Part shown: positions 19,983 to 27,674 of the stretch, piece by piece
Layout: each line of letters starts with the position of its first letter
Position numbering within the stretch: position 1 is the first letter of the stretch
Assembly (NCBI GenBank): GCA_963826535.1
Contig: CAWGXL010000011.1
Coordinates: 192,809-256,808, forward strand
Reading direction: 5' to 3'
Source: an uncultured bacterium
GTDB taxonomy: Bacteria > Patescibacteriota > Microgenomatia > Levybacterales > UBA12049
DNA: 64,000 nt
Notes under the pieces: generated by a model
What the model saw: only the letters and a program-made list of their open reading frames with translations
Database searches by the model: none
Told to the model about the DNA's origin: nothing
Position numbers and translations under genes: made by a program

Positions 19983-21788
19983 ATGTATGATAAGTATTAC
20001 ATGCATTTATTTAAATCAAAATTTATATTTTGGATTCTAATTATAGTTAGTGTTATAGCTTACTTATACTCGATGGTGATCGTAAAAATAGACACAAGCT
20101 TTGATTATCGCTGGCTTGCTTTCTGGCTACACATTTCATCTGTTTTACTGCTTTTGGTTTGTTACGCATCTAAAAGTGTTTCAAGGCTTAAAATTAAAAA
20201 ACTATTTTCGGAAGCCGAGATAAATTCAATTCTTATAATTATCATTGTTTCTGTGAGTGTGAATTTTTTACTTCTTCCAATATATCCATTCGTCAGCATA
20301 GCTGATGATTTACGGGATAGTGGGTTTGATGCAATGAGGATAGCGTCGGGTGATATAAAAAATATTTTTGATTACGGTAACTATAACGGTTATGGCCTAA
20401 TTATTCCCATATTTTCAAGTTTTTTCTATTATATTTTTGGTAGTAGTGTATTAACATACCGTTTCCCTGCAGCTTTACTTTCGACAATAGATATTCTTCT
20501 TCTTTATTTTTTAATACGTATTATTATTAACAAACAAGCTGCATTTTGGGGCGCAATTATTCTTGTTACATTACCTCTTCATCTTTACTTTGCGCGTACA
20601 CACGTAATTATGGCGTTCAATTTTTTTTGGATGCCTGTAATATTATTATTATTTTATAAACTGCTCAAGAAACACCGCCTTATAGATTATATTTTCTTAG
20701 GAGCGATTATAGGTTTTATATCCGGCTTCCATGCAGCGATTCGTTCTGTTGCATGCCTTGTACTTCTTATCATTCTCTTTTTAGATTTTAGAGAGATAAT
20801 ATTCAGAAAATTAATGCCTGACGAGAAAATACGTATCCGCCTGGTAAAAATAATTCTTTTGTTGCTCTTTGTATTTATAGGATTTGGCCCCCGTCTATTA
20901 TTTACAGGGCCGCAGAATTTCTTTCATACAAGCAGACTTCCTCTGGAAAATAAAATAGAAGCTGATTTGCCAATTAAATCAGATGATATAAATACAATTA
21001 AAGGTAACTATATTAAATCTCTAATGGGTTATTTTTATGAGCCGGTAACATTTTTTTATCACGACCCTAAACCAATCCTCTCTCCAATTCTGGCAATATT
21101 TTTTGTTCTGGGTATTGGTTATTCAGTTTTTGTATTAAAAAATTATTTTTTAAATATATTAATATTCATAATACTTGCGATACCGTTTCTCAATAGCGCT
21201 ATTACCGACTGGGTTAATGCAGATCACAGATTAAGTCCGATTTTCTCAATAGTCGCTATATTTGTCGCAATCGGTATAACATTTTGTTTAAATTTAATAA
21301 AAAATAAGATTTGGAAATATATTTTTGCTTCGTTTATAATTTTCTATATATCATGGCAGGCTATAATTTTTTACACTAATCAACCCGCAAATCTAAAATA
21401 TAAATTTCAAGACTATGTCTTAACACACGTCTTACGTTTTCTGCAAAATGAAAAAATATACCAGGCATCTCCTTTAATGAATTTGCAATATATGAGTTCA
21501 GCTAATCCACCCGGGCAAATTTGCCTCTTAGTGTCGTCTGCCAATTATAAATATTTCCATGGTAATGTTGGCATAATTGAGCAAAAAAAATATTTATTGC
21601 CAAGTGCCGATATCCAATTTGCCCCGGGTGATTCTATAAATGATAACGAGATATATATTGTGAGAAGTAGTTGCTCAGGAAAGGGCAACACACGCAGGTC
21701 CAATCAGACTTATACCCTTTCGTGTGTGTTGGGAAATAAATTTACCTGTCCTTTGAATTATATAGGGGACATAAAATTCCATTATTAA
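19983..21788 (+). CDS. GT-C fold membrane glycosyltransferase (ArnT/PMT-like)
   Basis: Polytopic 601 aa. Loop-1 acidic motif SIADDLRDSGFD. Family context. Confidence 0.45.
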   Translation: MYDKYYMHLFKSKFIFWILIIVSVIAYLYSMVIVKIDTSFDYRWLAFWLHISSVLLLLVCYASKSVSRLKIKKLFSEAEINSILIIIIVSVSVNFLLLPIYPFVSIADDLRDSGFDAMRIASGDIKNIFDYGNYNGYGLIIPIFSSFFYYIFGSSVLTYRFPAALLSTIDILLLYFLIRIIINKQAAFWGAIILVTLPLHLYFARTHVIMAFNFFWMPVILLLFYKLLKKHRLIDYIFLGAIIGFISGFHAAIRSVACLVLLIILFLDFREIIFRKLMPDEKIRIRLVKIILLLLFVFIGFGPRLLFTGPQNFFHTSRLPLENKIEADLPIKSDDINTIKGNYIKSLMGYFYEPVTFFYHDPKPILSPILAIFFVLGIGYSVFVLKNYFLNILIFIILAIPFLNSAITDWVNADHRLSPIFSIVAIFVAIGITFCLNLIKNKIWKYIFASFIIFYISWQAIIFYTNQPANLKYKFQDYVLTHVLRFLQNEKIYQASPLMNLQYMSSANPPGQICLLVSSANYKYFHGNVGIIEQKKYLLPSADIQFAPGDSINDNEIYIVRSSCSGKGNTRRSNQTYTLSCVLGNKFTCPLNYIGDIKFHY

Positions 21789-21799
21789 AAAGGCTGTAT

Positions 21800-24130
21800 T
21801 TATTGAACGATGTAGGTGACTTTTCCCTCAGATGAAACGTTTAGCCAATAAAATTTCCGGGTTGGGTAGGCTGAGCGCATTTGGGCAATAGCAACTTGAG
21901 AAGGAGCATACGCAAAGAGGACGTTACTCTGCCCCTTTGGATCATTCATTGCAGCAAGGATATGATAAAACAAATTCCAATCCTGAGTTAAGACAATCGC
22001 GTTCTGTAATTTATTATTGTATACGGGCGTCGTATCTAGTTTTGAATAATTAGGAAGTTCTAAAAAATGATAGTAAAGCTGCAAATGTCTTGGCGTATAA
22101 TACACTAGATTATAGAGTAAAAAGATAGCCACTAACAAAATTACCGGCCAAGCTAACTTGATTTGTTTTAGTTTTACAGTGGAAATGACCCAATTATTAA
22201 GCACAATTATTCCACGTGCAGTTAAGAACACGAGAAATGGCAATACTTCAAAGAGATGACGCGGCCCAATAGCAATACCATGATAATAAAATGGTATCTG
22301 TGTTACAAAAGTCATGATGGCGATTATTAAGCACAGATAGTCAAAGCGGTTAGCTTTTTGAAGTAAAAAAGGGATAGCAATAAATCCTAAGGTAAATGCA
22401 TATGGCCATCCGAATAGTTCGAATTGTATGCTTGTCATTAATTGATCAAGACTTACCAATCCGGCTGCGACTGTGTGCTCCCCAAAATGTCCGATATTTT
22501 TGCCAAATCCATATATATCCGATGAGGAATGCAACACTTTTGGCGTGAGGAACATATTGCCTGTCTGAAGATGATTATATAAAAGATATAAAAAAACAAA
22601 AAAGAAAAAAATAATTGTATATATTCCCACAATACGTATCAGCTTTTTTTTACTTATAACTAAACTTGCATTACTATGCGTTGACTTTTTAATGACTGGG
22701 AAAAAATGGATAAGAAAAATGCCGACAGCACAAATTCCTCCTATAACTATTGCTGCAAGCTCACGTGTCAAAAAGGCAAACCCTAAACATGCTGCGGATA
22801 ATATTATATAACGATATAGTATTTCGCCTGATTTTGCTTTTCTGCAAAATACCTGCCAAAAATAACTCATGAAGACCAGGAAAAACAGGCAAACAGTATG
22901 ACTTAAATATGATGCAGCCTGGAAACTATAAAAAGGTGAGAAGGCTACAAGCCCAAGGGCTAATATACCTGTTGGCCTGCCAAACCATTCTTTGGCTAAA
23001 AGATATATTCCAAAAAGGGATGCTACTCCCAGAACCGGCGTAACAATCCAGGGCATGTGTATTAACATTCCAAGAGCAAGGATCAGTGAGGTTCCGGGCG
23101 GGAAAATCATAAACCAATGATTGTCATGCATAACCATAAATGGGCTTCTCAACCAAATGTATTCCGGTGTTGCCGGAAGAGAAAGCTGGCCAAGAGCAAA
23201 TATCTTTGCTTGTGAGTAATACGCCAGCTCATCCAGAATGTGCGGCATAGATTGGAATTCATATACGGAGATAAAAAGCGTATATATTAAAGATGCCATT
23301 AATAAAATAATTACAAAAACAGTGAACAATTGGGAGGACTTGCGTAATAAGCGGTTGGTATATTTTCCTAAATGGTTAGTGTTAAATACATGGGAGACAA
23401 TTGGCCTGCCTATATAGGCTGCCAGTAAACAGCCAAGGCAGAGCAGAAAGCTAACCAGTAATATCCGGGCCAGTGAAATAAGATTCTCTCCGAGGAAGGG
23501 GCCGGGATCTCTGGGAAAGTATGTTTGATAAATATTTTGGTCCTCTCTGTCCGGAATAGAGGCAAATACTTTTAAAGTTCTATCATTCCGATTTAGAGAT
23601 ACCTTATAACTTGTTTTATTATTGGTAATAAACTGCAGGCTTATTTCTTTTACAGGATAGAACAGAGAGATTTGAATGTCTGTAAATTTTGAAATTTCCG
23701 GAAGTGTAATTGGAGAATCTGTGGCCGGTGATTGTGCATAATATATTTCTTTATGTGTCTCAGCATTAAAAACACGTAAATCCTGCCATTTATTGTAAGC
23801 ACTACCTCCCCTCATCCAATCAGATAGTTTGTAATAAAAAGAATTAGAAAGTGACTGAAAGTATGCAGCTTCATAATTGTGATTAGTTATTGAGTCTGAT
23901 CCATCAATTTGAAATTCATGTGCCAGCGGGTCCGGCTTTTCTAAAAATAATTGTGTTGTACTTGCCGCATCAAATGGAAGAGGAATTGTATTCCCATCAA
24001 TTAATAACCGTGCATTATTTTGTCTTATCTCTAATTTAAAATGTATAGCCGCAAAAGAAACACCGATACTGTACAAAATTAGAATAAAAATAAATACGCT
24101 TGTGAATATGATAATTTTCTTCATTACCAA
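21800..24130 (-). CDS. GT-C fold membrane glycosyltransferase (ArnT/PMT-like) with a large N-terminal extracytoplasmic domain
   Basis: 776 aa. N-terminal about 200 aa soluble after a signal anchor. Then a TM core with an HILDELAYY (DE) motif. Confidence 0.5.
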   Translation of the reverse strand: MVMKKIIIFTSVFIFILILYSIGVSFAAIHFKLEIRQNNARLLIDGNTIPLPFDAASTTQLFLEKPDPLAHEFQIDGSDSITNHNYEAAYFQSLSNSFYYKLSDWMRGGSAYNKWQDLRVFNAETHKEIYYAQSPATDSPITLPEISKFTDIQISLFYPVKEISLQFITNNKTSYKVSLNRNDRTLKVFASIPDREDQNIYQTYFPRDPGPFLGENLISLARILLVSFLLCLGCLLAAYIGRPIVSHVFNTNHLGKYTNRLLRKSSQLFTVFVIILLMASLIYTLFISVYEFQSMPHILDELAYYSQAKIFALGQLSLPATPEYIWLRSPFMVMHDNHWFMIFPPGTSLILALGMLIHMPWIVTPVLGVASLFGIYLLAKEWFGRPTGILALGLVAFSPFYSFQAASYLSHTVCLFFLVFMSYFWQVFCRKAKSGEILYRYIILSAACLGFAFLTRELAAIVIGGICAVGIFLIHFFPVIKKSTHSNASLVISKKKLIRIVGIYTIIFFFFVFLYLLYNHLQTGNMFLTPKVLHSSSDIYGFGKNIGHFGEHTVAAGLVSLDQLMTSIQFELFGWPYAFTLGFIAIPFLLQKANRFDYLCLIIAIMTFVTQIPFYYHGIAIGPRHLFEVLPFLVFLTARGIIVLNNWVISTVKLKQIKLAWPVILLVAIFLLYNLVYYTPRHLQLYYHFLELPNYSKLDTTPVYNNKLQNAIVLTQDWNLFYHILAAMNDPKGQSNVLFAYAPSQVAIAQMRSAYPTRKFYWLNVSSEGKVTYIVQ

Positions 24131-25947
24131 TTAAATGTGGGTTGAACTTTTTGGAAGATCATTATTTTGGGATGATCGTATACGGTAAAGGATTCATCGG
24201 CTTCTGAATCATTTATGGGAATCTTGAGAATTGGGAGGGTCGGATAGTTTGTGAACTCCGCAATTTTTTGGAAGCCTAATGAGCCATTAAATAGATCCTG
24301 ATAATATTCAGCAGTCAAAGTATAGCATTTGTCCTGGGGTAGGGACTTGCAGTCGGTTAATTTTTGCAAGGGGGTGTAGAGTCTATTGGAAGCAATGATA
24401 ATAAAGTCAGTTTGGGCAAGTATTTGATTGATATTTTGCCATTTTGCCGGCGTGTCAGGATCGTACAGCGGCAGAGTCACAATCCGATAATTTTGACCTC
24501 CGTATATGGGTACCGGATCATCCCAATGTTCCTGGGCTATAACTTTTCCGGCGGGGATGAATTCATTGATCCAAAGGGTCGCAGTTGTGCGTGGGTTAGG
24601 TACGGTGTAGGTACGGATAAAACTTATTGGCCAGATTAAAATAAGGGTAAATGGTATGGCGTAAAGGGTAAAGCGTAATAAACGGTTTTTTAGGTAATGT
24701 TTGAGATATTTCAGGAACATATATGCAGCCAGTGCGCCAAATATACACAACATGGGATAGAGAGGGAGCATATAGCGCATAAAGCCAATTGCGAATCTTC
24801 CGACTATTAAAAAATATGCAAGGAAGAAGATGGCTATAATAACTTCCAATGCCCATTTTCCCTGCCTCATAGGAGGAATGGCATGCAACTTGCGGGAAAA
24901 CGCATGCCGGAAAAAATAAATAGTGCCTATAAAGGAAATGATCCCCAACAGTGGCCCGAGACCCCAGAGGATGATGTTTTTAATTTCATAAAGATATGGT
25001 ATTTTACCTACATATTGAAGCGTATAGGGGAAGGTAAAGGCACTGCGCGTCATTTGTGATTGTTCCAGAGTTTGTCTCCAAAATTCCGGGAAATCAATTA
25101 TCGCGTATGGCGAGCAAATGGCAAAGACGAGGAAGGCTGCAATACTTATTATAAACGAAAAAGAAAAAACATGATTTATAGAAGCCGGAAGGCGAGATAA
25201 CCACAGACGCGGTTTGTGCGGCTGTCTGAGGATAAGCAAAGCAAAAGGCGCGATTAATGCCGCCGCGATCGGGAAGAACAGAACAAGAGCGCTTGTTTTG
25301 GTTGCCAATGCAAGACCTAAAAAAATACCTATAAAAAGGGCGTGTTTTATGGTTGGTTTTTCGTAAAATAAAATAAGCCGGTATAAAGCTGCCAGGATGA
25401 AAAATGTCAGAAGTGTATCTACCGCATAGAAATGAGAAAGCTGGATGGGTAGAACGCTTACCGCATAGAAAAAGGAGGCTATATATCCGACTTTTGCCCC
25501 AAATAGTTTTCTGCCAAGATAAAAGACCAAAGCTAACGTTCCCAGATCGAACAATGCTGAGGTGAACCGACCCGCAATATTGATCAAGTCATAACCGGTA
25601 AAAAACGGATTGAATGCTCCAAGTCCTTCACCTATAAATTTCAATAGATAAAACGGGAAGCTGCCGTAGGCGAAAAAATGCGGATTAAATGGGCTATCCG
25701 GAGAGAGAAAAGAATTCAGATCAGCGGGAAATTGTATTTTTACAACTGTCATAATAATTGCCCGTTCGTCCGGATGTAAATGATATCCCTGATCCCAATT
25801 GAGACCATAGAAGCGAAAAAGTGCTCCGAATAATAAAATAAGCAGCAATAGTTTTTTTTGTTGGTTTAATTTCATGTTTAAATTAATTTTTAATTTTTTC
25901 ATAGATATATACAACCGGCCTGTCAAAGACATTTGCCGTTTCTTCAA
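24124..25947 (-). CDS. GT-C fold membrane glycosyltransferase (ArnT/PMT-like)
   Basis: LNWDQGYHLHPDER matches the loop-1 DE motif of GT39/GT83. 607 aa polytopic. Clear paralog of 25883-27625. Confidence 0.6.
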   Translation of the reverse strand: MKKRQMSLTGRLYISMKKLKINLNMKLNQQKKLLLLILLFGALFRFYGLNWDQGYHLHPDERAIIMTVVKIQFPADLNSFLSPDSPFNPHFFAYGSFPFYLLKFIGEGLGAFNPFFTGYDLINIAGRFTSALFDLGTLALVFYLGRKLFGAKVGYIASFFYAVSVLPIQLSHFYAVDTLLTFFILAALYRLILFYEKPTIKHALFIGIFLGLALATKTSALVLFFPIAAALIAPFALLILRQPHKPRLWLSRLPASINHVFSFSFIISIAAFLVFAICSPYAIIDFPEFWRQTLEQSQMTRSAFTFPYTLQYVGKIPYLYEIKNIILWGLGPLLGIISFIGTIYFFRHAFSRKLHAIPPMRQGKWALEVIIAIFFLAYFLIVGRFAIGFMRYMLPLYPMLCIFGALAAYMFLKYLKHYLKNRLLRFTLYAIPFTLILIWPISFIRTYTVPNPRTTATLWINEFIPAGKVIAQEHWDDPVPIYGGQNYRIVTLPLYDPDTPAKWQNINQILAQTDFIIIASNRLYTPLQKLTDCKSLPQDKCYTLTAEYYQDLFNGSLGFQKIAEFTNYPTLPILKIPINDSEADESFTVYDHPKIMIFQKVQPTFNW

Positions 25948-27625
25948 AACTAAAGACCGGACTATTTAAATAGGTAATCCTACAAAAAATATCACATGGC
26001 GTAGCGTATATTTTTTGAAACCCGTTCATATGAGCGAATAATGCTGAATAAAAGGAGTACGCGAGGGGATAAGTTATTGGATCGTTAAGGCGAGTCTTCA
26101 GGATACGCTGGCTGGGCAGAATAATGTAATCTGAAACTGCCAATTGCTGTGCCAATCTGTCGGTCGTGTATTCAGGTGAATTATTATCTAAATCATAAAA
26201 GTTAAAGAGGGTTATATTAGGAAACGAATCATTAAATGGCGTGATGCCCATGTCAAACACTTCACTGAGGATTGCGGCATTTGATGGGACGTGTTGCAAG
26301 GCATAAATTTTAGCGGCGATGCGAGTGTCTGTTTGGATATAAGCAGTAATAAAATAGGAGATGGAAAATATGATGGTAATACAAACAAAAATCCCCCCAA
26401 CCCCCTTAAATAAAGGAGGTGTCCGTAGGACGGGAGATTTGCTCATTGCAATAAATTCTGAAAGCGAGAGGCTCATAATCAGGTACATAAATGGTAGTGT
26501 TGGTACCATATAGCGGATCCATTTTGCGTAAAGAAATGCCTGGGAAAGAAATAGTATTAAGAAGAAAATATTAAGCATTAAGTATTTGCTATTCTTTGTT
26601 TTTATGGAAATAAAAATTAAGTAAAAGAATGATGGTATAAATAAACATGTTAATAACGGATTAAGAAGGAAGGGATAAATGTGAAGAAACTGAAAAACGA
26701 CGGGGACTACGTTTTTAAACTCTCCTGTATAGAAAACAGACAGCGTACCCAAGGCTACGCGTGATTCATAAAACATGCTGCCATAGAACTCAGAGAAGTC
26801 GAAATAGACGAAGGGATTGGTGATAAAAAAGACAAGAATGGATACTGCGCAAAACAGGATGCAATTGCGGATAAAGTTAAAAATGCGGCGCACGCGATGC
26901 TCTTTATTTATAGGATAAAAATGAGAAAGGAAAAGCGCTAAAACCGGAAGCGGCAATAATGCTATGTGGGATACTTTGGTTGCAATTGCTGCGCCAAAGA
27001 CTAAAGCTGTAACGAGAAGAGGCAGGAAATCGAGCCTCCGCAAGAGACGGAGAGTAAACAGAAAAAGTAAAACACTTAGCAAGGTCAGCCACATTTCGAA
27101 GGTGCCGAAATGGGCATATTGAATTAAACCTGTACTAAATGTCGCAAAAAAAGCTGCTATCAGGCCGGTCTGATTACTCAAATCCCCCGCCTTCGGCACC
27201 CCCTTTAATAAAGGGGGTTGGGGGGATTTATTGGCACTTAGATATATTTTCTTTCCGATGAAAAACATAAGCGGGATTAGCAAGAGGGAAAATAAGGCGG
27301 AAAAAAATCTGCTAATTAAAATTGCTAGCTCGAAAGACACGGTAAAAATTGTCATATCATCTGCGGATAATTGAAAGGACAGGGGAAGAGATAAATAATT
27401 AACAAAAACGCCGGTGAGGTATATCGTGTAAATCGGCAATGATCCGTAGGCAAAAAAATGCGGGTTCAACTGGTCGGGGAATTTCAGTCCGGAGACTGCG
27501 GAGGCAATATTGCGTTCGTCAGGATGGAAATAAAATGGCGCACCCCAGTTGAGATTATAGAACCGAAGGATTGCTCCAATAATTATCAGAAGACACAGCA
27601 AGAAAAGAATATTTTTTTTCTTCAT
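25883..27625 (-). CDS. GT-C fold membrane glycosyltransferase (ArnT/PMT-like) carrying two in-frame palindromic-element insertions
   Basis: NLNWGAPFYFHPDER aligns residue by residue with the upstream paralog. Extra segments SANKSPQPPLLKGVPKAGDLSNQT and SPVLRTPPLFKGVGG are encoded by GC-rich palindromes. Confidence 0.6.
   Translation of the reverse strand: MKKKNILFLLCLLIIIGAILRFYNLNWGAPFYFHPDERNIASAVSGLKFPDQLNPHFFAYGSLPIYTIYLTGVFVNYLSLPLSFQLSADDMTIFTVSFELAILISRFFSALFSLLLIPLMFFIGKKIYLSANKSPQPPLLKGVPKAGDLSNQTGLIAAFFATFSTGLIQYAHFGTFEMWLTLLSVLLFLFTLRLLRRLDFLPLLVTALVFGAAIATKVSHIALLPLPVLALFLSHFYPINKEHRVRRIFNFIRNCILFCAVSILVFFITNPFVYFDFSEFYGSMFYESRVALGTLSVFYTGEFKNVVPVVFQFLHIYPFLLNPLLTCLFIPSFFYLIFISIKTKNSKYLMLNIFFLILFLSQAFLYAKWIRYMVPTLPFMYLIMSLSLSEFIAMSKSPVLRTPPLFKGVGGIFVCITIIFSISYFITAYIQTDTRIAAKIYALQHVPSNAAILSEVFDMGITPFNDSFPNITLFNFYDLDNNSPEYTTDRLAQQLAVSDYIILPSQRILKTRLNDPITYPLAYSFYSALFAHMNGFQKIYATPCDIFCRITYLNSPVFSFEETANVFDRPVVYIYEKIKN
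26388..26434. repeat. GC-rich miniature palindromic element, copy B (plus orientation), inside the GT-C CDS
   Basis: AAATCCCCCCAACCCCCTTAAATAAAGGAGGTGTCCGTAGGACGGG. Outer stem, a CCCCC/GGAGG hairpin and a CCGT-AGG-ACGG hairpin. Confidence 0.5.
27181..27229. repeat. GC-rich miniature palindromic element, copy A (inverted orientation), inside the same CDS
   Basis: Reverse complement AAATCCCCCCAACCCCCTTTATTAAAGGGGGTGCCGAAGGCGGGGGATTT matches copy B over the first about 33 nt. Substitutions in the small 3' hairpin preserve pairing. Confidence 0.5.
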
Positions 27626-27674
27626 GTCATTACAATAATTATGGTAACACAGGCGAGGTAGAAATTACAAAAAA

